From an uncultured Syntrophomonadaceae bacterium (GTDB lineage: Bacteria; Bacillota; Dethiobacteria; DTU022), in NCBI GenBank assembly GCA_964485855.1, contig CAZAKI010000003.1, positions 26,096 through 90,095 of the forward strand: a stretch of 64,000 bases of DNA. The letters are read 5' to 3'. The notes beneath the pieces are model-generated. The model was not told where the DNA came from and searched no databases. It saw nothing but the letters and a program-made list of their open reading frames with translations. A program made the translations under genes and the position numbers. Of the stretch, positions 17,093 to 26,499 are shown one piece after another; positions within the stretch are counted from its first letter, which is position 1; every line of letters starts with the position of its first letter.

Positions 17093-17602
17093 ATTAGTAA
17101 AAATTTGTTCGTCAATGAACAAATTAACGCCCGGGAGGTTTTGGTAGTTGATGCTGATGGTACTCAACTAGGGGTGCTGAAAACTGATGAAGCTCTTAAT
17201 CTGGCCCGGGAAAAGAAGCTGGATCTGGTCAATGTGGCTCCGAGCGCTCGACCTCCCGTGTGCCGCTTAATGGATTACGGTAAATACAAGTATGAACAGA
17301 GCAAACGGGACCGTGAAGCGCGAAAAAACCAAAAAGTCACTACGATTAAAGAGATTAAACTCCGTCCAAATATTGATAAACACGATTTTGAAGTCAAAGC
17401 CAAGCGTGGGCAAAAGTTCTTAGAAAACGGAGATAAAGTAAAAGTCACCGTTATGTTTCGCGGGAGAGAAATTACCCATCCCGAAAATGCCCAAAGACTT
17501 TGCGAACGGTTGGCTAAGGATTTAGCTGATTACGGAGTTGTGGAAAAACCTGCCAAGCAGGAAGGACGCAACATGATTATGATATTAACACCTAAACCAT
17601 AG
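17093..17602 (+). CDS. infC: Translation initiation factor IF-3, initiated at a non-canonical AUU codon
   Basis: ATT at 17093 lies 6 nt after RBS ggaggtg, and an in-frame TGA sits just upstream. The conserved N-terminus ISKN matches Bacillus ISKD. The ORF-track TTG at 17105 has no RBS. Confidence 0.85.
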   Translation: MSKNLFVNEQINAREVLVVDADGTQLGVLKTDEALNLAREKKLDLVNVAPSARPPVCRLMDYGKYKYEQSKRDREARKNQKVTTIKEIKLRPNIDKHDFEVKAKRGQKFLENGDKVKVTVMFRGREITHPENAQRLCERLAKDLADYGVVEKPAKQEGRNMIMILTPKP

Positions 17603-17623
17603 GACAGGAAGGATCTATTCAGA

Positions 17624-17815
17624 ATGCCTAAAATGAAAACTCACCGTGGCGCGGCAAAACGCTTTAAAAAAACCGGAAGTGGTAAAATTAAACGTTTCCG
17701 TGCCTTTGCCAGTCACCTGACGGGAAAGAAAAGTAGTAGCCGGATCAGGCGTTTGAGAAAATCAACCCTTGTTAAACCAGCTGATACGAAAAGGGTAAAG
17801 TTGCTCATACCTTAA
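17624..17815 (+). CDS. rpmI: 50S ribosomal protein L35
   Basis: [14 protein letters not shown]…. Confidence 0.95.
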   Translation: MPKMKTHRGAAKRFKKTGSGKIKRFRAFASHLTGKKSSSRIRRLRKSTLVKPADTKRVKLLIP

Positions 17816-17895
17816 GATTGAGATGTTGATCAATAATTATTATTTTTATCGAATATTAACCGAATACAAGCACATCAGTAGGAGGATGATTAATT

Positions 17896-18249
17896 ATGCC
17901 TCGCACTAAGAGAGGTTTTGTCGCCCGTAAAAGGCGGAAAAAAGTACTCAAGTTGGCTAAGGGTTACTATGGAGCCAAAAGTAAATTATTCAGGGTAGCC
18001 AATCAGCAGGTAATGAAGTCGCTATCTTATGCTTATCGCGATCGCAGGCAGCGCAAAAGAGATTTCCGAAAGCTTTGGATTGCCAGAATCAATGCCGAAG
18101 CCAGAAATGAAGGGATCTCTTACAGCCGCTTTATCAATGGTTTGAAAAAAGCGGATGTGCAGATTAACCGGAAAGTACTTGCTGATCTTGCTGTCAGGGA
18201 TAAAGGGGCGTTTGCCCGCCTGGTTGAGGTGGCCAAGGCTAACAGTTAA
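17896..18249 (+). CDS. rplT: 50S ribosomal protein L20
   Basis: [26 protein letters not shown]…. Confidence 0.95.
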   Translation: MPRTKRGFVARKRRKKVLKLAKGYYGAKSKLFRVANQQVMKSLSYAYRDRRQRKRDFRKLWIARINAEARNEGISYSRFINGLKKADVQINRKVLADLAVRDKGAFARLVEVAKANS

Positions 18250-18307
18250 GTTGTTTTTTGTTTGGATTTTTTGCGCTGAAATAACTCACTGGAGTTGATT
18301 TCTCCTA

Positions 18308-19642
18308 ATGAAAAGGCCTAAGCCTATAAATCCGGCCCGGGTAATGGTGGTCGGTTTTATTGGGTTAATTATTGCCGGATCATTATTACTGAGCTTGCCT
18401 GCAGCACGGGTTGCGGGGGAGCTCAGTTATCTAGATGCCCTTTTTACAGCTGCTTCGGCTGTTTGTGTTACCGGTCTTGTTGTTGTAGATACCGGCACCT
18501 TTTATTCTATATTCGGCCAAACTATAATTATGATTCTGATCTTCTTTGGTGCTCTCGGTATTATGATTATGACCACCCTGATTTTTATTTTTCTGGGGAG
18601 ACGCATTACTCTGCGGCGGAGCTTGATTATCAAGGAGATAACAGGACAGGATTCACTTGGCAGGATCTCGCAACTGGTTTTGAATGTTTTTTTAATGACC
18701 GTTTTTTTTGTTTTAATCGGGACTATTATGCTATCGCTCCGCTATATTCCTCTACTTGGTTTGCATCATGGTTTTTTTGTCGCTCTTTTTCATGCAATCT
18801 CTGCTTTTGGCAATGCCGGTTTTGATCTCCTCGGTAGTTACAACAGCCTTACGGTGCATCCTGCTGACTATTTAGTTAATGGGACTATACTGGTCCTTTT
18901 TGTCATCGGTGGGCTGGGTTTCACAGTGATTCTGGAGCTTGTCAATCATTTACAATTCAGGCACCGCATCTCTTTGCATTCTTATCTGGTTCTTTCTAGT
19001 TCCGTGGCCCTTCTTTTGGGTGGGACTTTATTAATCATGGTTTTAGAATATAATAACCCCGAAACTCTTGGGAACTTAACTTTTCTTGATAAGATATTTA
19101 CTTCCCTTTTTTCAGCGGCCACACCGCGAACTGCAGGGTTTAGCGTATTAAAAACCGAATTGATGAATAACTCAACTTTACTATTAATTATGGTTCTAAT
19201 GTTTATTGGTGCTTCTCCGACCTCTACTGGCGGAGGAGTAAAAACGACAACAGTTGGGGTGGTTTTGATCACCCTGATCAATATGATTCGGGGTCGTCGC
19301 GAGCCGTTTATTTATTATCGCCGCTTTCCGCTTGATCAGATCATGCGGGCGGTTTCTATTATCAGCGCTGCAATGATTTTAATTTTCATAGCCACTCTCT
19401 TGCTGACTATTTTCGAGAAAGGCGATTTTATATCACTACTATTTGAAGCGATATCAGCATTTGGAACGGTGGGTTTATCAACCGGGATCACTCCGCAATT
19501 AAGCGATCCGAGTAAAATGGTAATCATTTTTACGATGTTGGGGGGGCGGGTTGGCCCGCTGTCCTTGTTAATGGCTCTGGCCTGGAGAAAAGAAGCAGAC
19601 GGATTGTTGCGCTATCCTGAAGAAAACCTGATGATTGGTTAG
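18308..19642 (+). CDS. ktrB: TrkH/KtrB family K+ uptake membrane subunit
   Basis: 444 aa with repeated MPM motifs and GNAGF / TGGG selectivity-filter-like segments. Confidence 0.85.
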   Translation: MKRPKPINPARVMVVGFIGLIIAGSLLLSLPAARVAGELSYLDALFTAASAVCVTGLVVVDTGTFYSIFGQTIIMILIFFGALGIMIMTTLIFIFLGRRITLRRSLIIKEITGQDSLGRISQLVLNVFLMTVFFVLIGTIMLSLRYIPLLGLHHGFFVALFHAISAFGNAGFDLLGSYNSLTVHPADYLVNGTILVLFVIGGLGFTVILELVNHLQFRHRISLHSYLVLSSSVALLLGGTLLIMVLEYNNPETLGNLTFLDKIFTSLFSAATPRTAGFSVLKTELMNNSTLLLIMVLMFIGASPTSTGGGVKTTTVGVVLITLINMIRGRREPFIYYRRFPLDQIMRAVSIISAAMILIFIATLLLTIFEKGDFISLLFEAISAFGTVGLSTGITPQLSDPSKMVIIFTMLGGRVGPLSLLMALAWRKEADGLLRYPEENLMIG

Positions 19643-19670
19643 GCATTAGTTTTGATTAGGAGGTAAAAAG

Positions 19671-20327
19671 ATGGCCAAACAATTTTTGGTAATTGGTGCC
19701 GGCATTTTTGGCAGTAGTGTTGCAAAAACACTCTATAATTTGAATCATGACGTAATGGTGGTTGATAGTGATGAAGAGTTGGTCCAGAAAATCAGTACCG
19801 AGGTTACCAATGCTGTTCAGGCCGATGCATCGTCAGAAAGAGCTTTAAACGCCCTTGGTATTGAAAATTATGATGCTGTAGTGCTTGCAATCAGCAGTGA
19901 TATGCACAGCAGCATCATGGCCGCAATCCTGCTAGTTGAGCTTCAAGCGAAGTATGTTGTAGCCAAGGCTCAAACCGAACTTCATGGCAGGGTGCTAAAA
20001 AAAATCGGAGTTAACCGGATTGTTTATCCTGAGCAGGATATGGGCAAAAAGCTGGCCCATAGTATCCTTGCGCCTTCGATCGTCGATCTGTTTGAACTAT
20101 CCAACCAGTACAGTATCGTTGAAGTAAGAGCTACAGAAGATTTGGTTGGTAAAACCCTGGGTGAACTGGACTTAAGGGCCCGTCATGGGATTGCCATTAT
20201 TGCCATTCGGAGCAGCGATGGCGATAAAACCAATATTTCGCCGGCTGCAGTTGATCCAATCGAAACAGACGACATTATTATTGCTGCCGGAACCAATAGC
20301 GATTTAAAGGAGCTAGGTTGGATCTAA
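19671..20327 (+). CDS. ktrA: TrkA/KtrA K+ uptake regulatory subunit (RCK N+C)
   Basis: Rossmann motif GAGIFG; 218 aa. Confidence 0.85.
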   Translation: MAKQFLVIGAGIFGSSVAKTLYNLNHDVMVVDSDEELVQKISTEVTNAVQADASSERALNALGIENYDAVVLAISSDMHSSIMAAILLVELQAKYVVAKAQTELHGRVLKKIGVNRIVYPEQDMGKKLAHSILAPSIVDLFELSNQYSIVEVRATEDLVGKTLGELDLRARHGIAIIAIRSSDGDKTNISPAAVDPIETDDIIIAAGTNSDLKELGWI

Positions 20328-20333
20328 ATCTTT

Positions 20334-21134
20334 ATGGAATCAGTTACCAGCTTGCATAATCCAACAATCAAGAAATACCTTCGTCTAGTCAAAAGCCGCC
20401 GTTTTAGGCAGCGCATGAATTGCTTGGCAGTTGAAGGACCAAACCTGGTTCGGGAAGCGCTGCAGAGGAGAATTTTACCGGAAGTAGTTATCACTACCAT
20501 GGATTACTCCAACGGTAAACACGGAAAATGGATTGCTTCAATTCCCGGTGCAGTTAAAAAAATAGTCGTGCCGGATACTCTCTATCGAGAAATCACCGGC
20601 ACAGAAACACCACAGGCGGTTGCGGCAATTGTTCCCTATCTGTTTACGAATGACATTGAAAGTGTTAGGCACGATCTGGATCTGGTTCTGATCCTGGATC
20701 AGCTGCAGGATCCCGGCAACTTGGGAACGATTATCCGGACAGCCGCGGCAGCCGGTGTTGATTTGATCTGCTGCACAAAAGGATGTGCTGACCCTTATAG
20801 TCCAAAAGTGCTGCGTTCAACTGCCGGGCTAATATTTCAAGTTCAAGTGTTGCAAATTCCAGATACTGAGTTACTCATATCAACTCTCAAGCACAGAAAC
20901 TTTCAATTGTTAGCCGCAGTGCCGGAAGGAGATTTACCGTATTGGTCTGTAGAACTGTCTCCGAAAGTTGCAATTATTGTCGGTAGTGAGGCAAGGGGCA
21001 TTTCAGATTGTTTATCGGAGCAAGCAGACTTGTTTGTTTCCATTCCCACCAGAACGGATGTTGATTCACTGAATGCAGCTGTTGCTGCTGGTATAATTCT
21101 TTTTGATATCGAAAGGCGCCGCTTAATTCAGTGA
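20334..21134 (+). CDS. TrmH/SpoU family RNA 2'-O-methyltransferase (YsgA-like), conserved upstream of pheS
   Basis: SpoU methylase C-terminal motifs (IVGSEARGIS, …SLNAAVAAGIILF). Confidence 0.85.
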   Translation: MESVTSLHNPTIKKYLRLVKSRRFRQRMNCLAVEGPNLVREALQRRILPEVVITTMDYSNGKHGKWIASIPGAVKKIVVPDTLYREITGTETPQAVAAIVPYLFTNDIESVRHDLDLVLILDQLQDPGNLGTIIRTAAAAGVDLICCTKGCADPYSPKVLRSTAGLIFQVQVLQIPDTELLISTLKHRNFQLLAAVPEGDLPYWSVELSPKVAIIVGSEARGISDCLSEQADLFVSIPTRTDVDSLNAAVAAGIILFDIERRRLIQ

Positions 21135-21214
21135 TCGTCTGATCTGTGATTGCCTGATCCTTGAAGCATTTCATTCTTGATGCTATAATAATTTATCTTT
21201 TACTTGTGAAAGTG

Positions 21215-21447
21215 ATGAAGGAGACAAGTACATCGGATCGGCAGCGCAAAGGGAGGATTGGCCGCGGACTGAAAGCCAACTCGGTGCTTACGATGGAAAT
21301 TCACTCCGGAACCTCCCGCTGAAGGATTAACATAATCTGGTAGGTAGTGGACGCTCATCCCGTTAATGATGCCAAGTGAGCTTGTTTTGCTAAGCTGGGT
21401 GGTACCGCGGAAGTAAGCTTTCGTCCCTCTTTATGAGGGTTTTTTAT
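21215..21447 (+). promoter_or_regulatory. T-box riboswitch leader (Phe specifier UUC) with intrinsic terminator
   Basis: AG-box-like AGCGCAAAGGGAGGA; candidate specifier loop gaaaUUCAcu; T-box sequence agctGGGTGGTACCGCGg at 21393..21410; terminator ccctc-tttat-gaggg plus a T-run ending at 21447. Confidence 0.75.
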
Positions 21448-21461
21448 TTATGGAGGTGGAT

Positions 21462-22487
21462 ATGTTGCTGCAGAAGCTGAAAGAATTGGAAAATGAATCA
21501 CGTCAAAAGATTGCCGCAGCTGAGAACCTGGAGACGCTGAAAGAGATCAGGGTGAGAATTCTGGGGAAAAAGGGCGAGCTGACTGCTTTGCTGCGTAGTC
21601 TCGGCACGATCAGTCCTGCTGAAAGACCGCTGGTTGGTAGCGAAGCAAATACCCTAAGAATGGAACTGGAGAAAGCAATTGAGTTAAAAGAAAAAAACTT
21701 AAAAGATGCATCCAAATCAGAGCAATGGTTTAAAGAACGAATAGATGTAACACTGCCGGGATGGCCGGTAGAAATTGGCCGCAAGCACCCACTGACCCTA
21801 ATCAATGATGAAATTAAGGAAATATTTCTCGGACTCGGTTTTCAGGTAGCTCACGGTCCTGAAATTGAGAGTGATTATTACAACTATGAAGCGCTGAATT
21901 TTCCTGCCGATCATCCAGCCCGCGATATGCAGGATAGTTATTATATCACCGAACAGTATTTACTGAGAACCCATACTTCACCGGTTCAGGTCCGAGTGAT
22001 GGAAAAACTGGCCCCTCAACTTCCGGTACGAATCATCGCGCCGGGAAAGGTATTCCGGCGTGATGACGATGCCACCCATTCGCCAATGTTTCACCAGGTT
22101 GAGGGGCTAGCCGTTGATCGGGAGATTACCTTTGCCGATTTAAAGGGAACTTTGTTGCTTTTTGCCCGGGAAATGTTTGGTTCGGATCAGAAAATCCGCC
22201 TGAGACCAAGTTTTTTCCCTTTTACTGAGCCCAGTGCAGAGGTCGATATCTCTTGTATTATGTGTGAAGGTAAAGGATGCCGGGTTTGCAGCTACTGCGG
22301 ATGGCTTGAAATATTGGGTGCAGGGATGGTCCATCCCAGGGTTCTTGAAATAGCCGGATACGATCCACAGCAGGTAACTGGTTTTGCTTTTGGGATGGGT
22401 GTTGAACGAATAGCTATGTTAAAATATGGAATTGGCGATTTGCGATTATTCTTTTCAAATGATCTACGGTTTTTAAGACAATTTTGA
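21462..22487 (+). CDS. pheS: Phenylalanine--tRNA ligase alpha subunit
   Basis: Class II aaRS motifs. The start was chosen at the ATG or TTG after RBS ggaggtgg, because the ORF-track ATG at 21450 abuts the terminator T-run. Confidence 0.9.
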   Translation: MLLQKLKELENESRQKIAAAENLETLKEIRVRILGKKGELTALLRSLGTISPAERPLVGSEANTLRMELEKAIELKEKNLKDASKSEQWFKERIDVTLPGWPVEIGRKHPLTLINDEIKEIFLGLGFQVAHGPEIESDYYNYEALNFPADHPARDMQDSYYITEQYLLRTHTSPVQVRVMEKLAPQLPVRIIAPGKVFRRDDDATHSPMFHQVEGLAVDREITFADLKGTLLLFAREMFGSDQKIRLRPSFFPFTEPSAEVDISCIMCEGKGCRVCSYCGWLEILGAGMVHPRVLEIAGYDPQQVTGFAFGMGVERIAMLKYGIGDLRLFFSNDLRFLRQF

Positions 22488-22541
22488 TCGAGTGAAACCG
22501 AAAACGTTAATTTTTTTAGTTTATATTGGAGGAGATTAATA

Positions 22542-24953
22542 ATGTTAGTACCGTACCGCTGGTTAAAAGATTACATCGATCCGGGGCTCGATGCCTCTAA
22601 AATAGCTGAATTGTTAACTCTGGCTGGTATTGAGGTTGGTGCTGTTGAAAGGTTTGGCCCGGATCTTCCTGGTGTAGTTGCCGGTAAAATAGTTGAAACG
22701 GGTGCTCATCCTGGACGTAGTAATTTAACCCTGGTAAAAGTGGATACAGGAAACGAGTTGCTTGAGATAGTATGCGGTGCTAAAAATTTTAGGGTAGGCG
22801 ATATGGTTCCGGTAGCAAAACCAGGCGCTGTACTTCCCGGAGATCGCCGGATTGAGGAAGCGAGGATATATGGTGCAGTATCTACAGGGATGCTTTGCTC
22901 AGCCCATGAACTTGGTCTGGAACTAGGGGCGGAAGATGAAATTCTGATTCTTGATCAAACAGCGAAGGTCGGGGAAGCGATAGAAAAAGTTCTCGATCTT
23001 GATGAAGAAATATTGAATTTGGAGCTAACCCCTAATCGCTCCGATTGTCTTGGTTTGTTAGGAGTTGCGTACGAAGTAGCTTCACTGACCGGATCAAAAG
23101 TTAAACTGCCTCCCAGTGAACCGCTCGAAACAGGGCGGAAACTTGACGATGTGATCAGCATAGTAGTGGAAGATGTTGAACTATGTCCCCGCTACACCGC
23201 CAGGGCGGTGGAAAAAATTGTTGTTGGTCCGTCGCCACTCTGGATGCAACTTAGATTGCTAAAAGCCGGGATCAGGCCAATCAGCAATGTTGTCGATATC
23301 ACAAATTATGTAATGTGGGAATATGGTCAGCCCTTGCATGCTTTTGACCTGGATCTACTGGAAGGCAGCAAAATTATTGTCCGCCGCGGCGAAGATGGTG
23401 AAAATTTAGTTACTCTTGATGGGGTAAAAAGGTTGCTGGATCGAGAAGTACTGGTTATTGCCGATTCTAAGCGGGCTGTTGGATTGGCCGGAGTGATGGG
23501 AGGCGAAAATACCGAGATCAGTAATTCCACCATGGCTATATTAATTGAGGCCGCGGCTTTTAACCCTACGAATATCAGGCGCACTGCCAAACGCTATAAC
23601 CTGCCTTCTGAGGCATCGCAACGGTTTGAAAAGGGGGTTAATCATGAAGCGGTTATCGTTGCTCAAAATAGAGCTGCCTACCTGCTCAATGAGCTGGTTG
23701 GTGGAGAAGTGATGAAAGGGGTTATTGACAAAAATACTTCAACCATCAAACCATGGCAAATCAAGGTTAATCCAGCGAGGATTAATAAAATATTGGGGAT
23801 GCAAATTCCCGAACAGGAGATCAAAGACATTTTTAAACGTCTGGATCTTCAAGTAGAAACGGCTGAAAACAAAGATCTGATTATAACAGTCCCGCTGCGC
23901 CGGCCGGATTTGCTGATTGAAGAAGATTTAGTTGAAGAAGTAGTGCGTCTTCATGGTTACGATCAAGTTCCTACCACATTACCCACCGGAGAGCTGCTCG
24001 AAAACCGTGAAGCTTATCCCGAAAGAGTAAAGAACATGGTCAAAAACATTTTGGTATCTTCCGGTTTTTACGAATGCATAACCTATTCTTTCATGAATCC
24101 GCTTAACTTAGAACTTCTGAGGTTGCCAGTCGGAGATTCGCGGCGACAGGCAATACCTGTCCAGAATCCGTTTTCAGAAGAGCAATCATGCATGCGCACA
24201 ACTTTAATACCGGGCTTGTTAAGAGCGGTTCAGCATAATATTAGTTTCCGGGAACTCGATCTGTTACTTTTTGAAATCGGCGTAATTTATAACCCGCGCG
24301 AATTGCCGCTAAAAAGCTTGCCGGAGGAAAAAAATATGCTTAGCCTTGTTGTAAGTGGAACCATTCCAAAGCTTAACTGGTTAACCGCTTCTCGACCGGC
24401 GGATTTCTATGTAATCAAGGGGGTACTGGAAAACATCTTTTCAAAATTGCAGATCAAAGGGGTTTCTTACACTGAACATGTTGAACCATTTACCCATCCG
24501 ACTAGGAGTGCCCGGATGATGATTGATGATTATCATTTAGGTTTTATCGGCGAACTTCATCCGGAGGTTGCTGCGGAATATGAAATCAGTCAGCCTGTAA
24601 CCGTCTGTGAACTTGATCTGGATTACCTTCTCAGCAGGGCAGCGATTGTTCCGCGTGCTGTACCCCTGCCTCGTTATCCAGCGGCAAACCGAGATTTGGC
24701 CGTTGTTGTGCCAAAAGGAATCAATGCTTCAGAGGTTGAAGCAGCAATTATAAAAGCTGGAGGAGATCTTGTAAGCGGGATAAGGTTATTTGACTTATAT
24801 GAAGGCAAACAGGTTCCGGATGGGAAACGCAGCCTTGCTTATGCGATCACCTTCAGGCGGGAAGAAGGAACTCTGACTGAAACCGAAATAAATGAGAGGC
24901 AGAAGAGAATTGAAGAAGACCTCTTGAAGCTTGGTGCTGTCCTTCGCAGCTGA
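22542..24953 (+). CDS. pheT: Phenylalanine--tRNA ligase beta subunit
   Basis: 803 aa with tRNA-binding, B3/4, B5 and FDX-ACB domains. Confidence 0.95.
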   Translation: MLVPYRWLKDYIDPGLDASKIAELLTLAGIEVGAVERFGPDLPGVVAGKIVETGAHPGRSNLTLVKVDTGNELLEIVCGAKNFRVGDMVPVAKPGAVLPGDRRIEEARIYGAVSTGMLCSAHELGLELGAEDEILILDQTAKVGEAIEKVLDLDEEILNLELTPNRSDCLGLLGVAYEVASLTGSKVKLPPSEPLETGRKLDDVISIVVEDVELCPRYTARAVEKIVVGPSPLWMQLRLLKAGIRPISNVVDITNYVMWEYGQPLHAFDLDLLEGSKIIVRRGEDGENLVTLDGVKRLLDREVLVIADSKRAVGLAGVMGGENTEISNSTMAILIEAAAFNPTNIRRTAKRYNLPSEASQRFEKGVNHEAVIVAQNRAAYLLNELVGGEVMKGVIDKNTSTIKPWQIKVNPARINKILGMQIPEQEIKDIFKRLDLQVETAENKDLIITVPLRRPDLLIEEDLVEEVVRLHGYDQVPTTLPTGELLENREAYPERVKNMVKNILVSSGFYECITYSFMNPLNLELLRLPVGDSRRQAIPVQNPFSEEQSCMRTTLIPGLLRAVQHNISFRELDLLLFEIGVIYNPRELPLKSLPEEKNMLSLVVSGTIPKLNWLTASRPADFYVIKGVLENIFSKLQIKGVSYTEHVEPFTHPTRSARMMIDDYHLGFIGELHPEVAAEYEISQPVTVCELDLDYLLSRAAIVPRAVPLPRYPAANRDLAVVVPKGINASEVEAAIIKAGGDLVSGIRLFDLYEGKQVPDGKRSLAYAITFRREEGTLTETEINERQKRIEEDLLKLGAVLRS

Positions 24954-25032
24954 TAAAGAAGGATTTAACCCTTAAGGTAGAGAATTATTCAGCTGTACAG
25001 CTGTAATCTAGTGTAGACGAAAGCAGGCCCAG

Positions 25033-25311
25033 GTGATGGTTAACAAGGATAAGAATAGGATCGCTGTTTCGATTATGGGTGAAGAATATATCCTCAGAGG
25101 TTCTTCGTCACCAGATGAAATGGATCGGGTCGGCCGCTATGTAGATCGCTTGATGCGAAAGCTTTCTGAAAACAATATCCAGATGAGCAGGCATCGTATA
25201 GCAGTTTTAGCAGCCTTAAATCTTGCTGATGAACTTTTGAGGTTAAAAGCAGAAAAAGATCATCGTTCTGCTGATCAACTAACAAAGGAGGAAAAAGATG
25301 AATTGGTTTGA
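25033..25311 (+). CDS. zapA: Cell division protein ZapA
   Basis: 92 aa in the conserved position after pheT. Confidence 0.8.
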   Translation: MMVNKDKNRIAVSIMGEEYILRGSSSPDEMDRVGRYVDRLMRKLSENNIQMSRHRIAVLAALNLADELLRLKAEKDHRSADQLTKEEKDELV

Positions 25312-25867
25312 CATCTTTCTGATCATAGTATTTTTCCTGCATTTGGTTAGTGGTTTCTCACGGGGCCTGATAAAACAGCTTTTTGACCTTGTCGGATTTA
25401 TCGTGATTATCATCTTTTCATTCTGGGGCAGTAGATATTTTAGCAGCAGCCTGGCTTCCTATATTAATCCGGAGGATATCATCCCCCATCATGAATTGAT
25501 CGAGAACCTTGGTTTGGAAGTAGCACTGGATAAAGCTCCCCAGGTAATTGCCGGGGTGATCAGCTTTCTGATCCTTTTTCTGGTGCTGAGCCTTATTTTC
25601 CGTATTTTTTCAGGAGGATTTCGTTGGATCAACAAGGTTCCGGTGGTCGGTTTTCTAAATCGAATCGGTGGAGGCTTGTTGGGAGCGCTGATCGGCATTG
25701 TGTTTGTTTATATTATTATTGCTGCTGCATCGCTAATCCCATTAACTGTTTTTGTCGAAGCGGTTGCAAGCTCAGAAATGGTTTTCATTGCCGATCATTA
25801 TCTCACTCCTTTTGCCATCCAGTTAAAGGAATTGCTAATTAATTCTTATCTCAATCTTAATGGTTAA
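25298..25867 (+). CDS. CvpA family membrane protein (YshB-like)
   Basis: 189 aa, 4 TM, found after zapA as in Bacillus yshB. Confidence 0.75.
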   Translation: MNWFDIFLIIVFFLHLVSGFSRGLIKQLFDLVGFIVIIIFSFWGSRYFSSSLASYINPEDIIPHHELIENLGLEVALDKAPQVIAGVISFLILFLVLSLIFRIFSGGFRWINKVPVVGFLNRIGGGLLGALIGIVFVYIIIAAASLIPLTVFVEAVASSEMVFIADHYLTPFAIQLKELLINSYLNLNG

Positions 25868-25902
25868 AAAAGATTATTTGTTACTCAGGGGTTTATGCAA
25901 AT

Positions 25903-26499
25903 TTGCTTACTTTTGATCATAAATTTTACAAAGAGAACAGCTTAATCGTGGCCAGGGCTCTCCTTGGCCATTATTTATGTCATGAGACTGAGGAAGGTTT
26001 GATCGCAGGGGTTATTGTTGAAACTGAAGCATACTTGGCAGAAAATGATCCTGCATGTCATGCTTCACGTGGGATTACTAAACGGAACGCTGTAATGTTT
26101 GGTCCGCCAGGAAAAGCTTATGTTTATTTCATTTATGGTAAATATTTTTGTTTCAATGTAGTAACGGGTAATGAAGGAAGTGGTGAAGCGGTTTTAGTGA
26201 GAGCCGTAGAACCGGTTTTTGGCCAGGACCTTATGAGTAAAAATCGTTTTATGGACTGTGAAGTTTTGCAACTGGCAAATGGCCCGGGTAAACTATGTTC
26301 TGCTTTTGCCATTAACCGAAGTTTTAATGGGCACGATCTAACATCAAAACCTTTGTTCATTGCTAAAAATAGCAATGAACATCATAGGATCAAAATAAAA
26401 TCGACAAAACGGATTGGTTTGTCAAGCCATTGTGAAAAAAAATATCGTTTTATAGTTAGCGGCAGTCAATATTTATCAAGGAGAGAGACCGGTGATTAA
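25903..26499 (+). CDS. mpg: DNA-3-methyladenine glycosylase (Mpg/AAG family)
   Basis: Motifs VETEAYLAENDPACHA and FIYGKYFCFN. Confidence 0.85.
   Translation: MLTFDHKFYKENSLIVARALLGHYLCHETEEGLIAGVIVETEAYLAENDPACHASRGITKRNAVMFGPPGKAYVYFIYGKYFCFNVVTGNEGSGEAVLVRAVEPVFGQDLMSKNRFMDCEVLQLANGPGKLCSAFAINRSFNGHDLTSKPLFIAKNSNEHHRIKIKSTKRIGLSSHCEKKYRFIVSGSQYLSRRETGD

Noticed and set aside
16343-17115. Minus-strand ORFs overlapping the thrS 3' end and the infC leader
   Set aside because: Antisense artefacts. The region is explained by thrS and the L20-type leader.
18463-18825. 120 aa Cys/Tyr-rich alternative-frame ORF inside ktrB
   Set aside because: Out-of-frame overlap with a well-supported membrane protein gene. 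Composition reflects the codon bias of the real frame.
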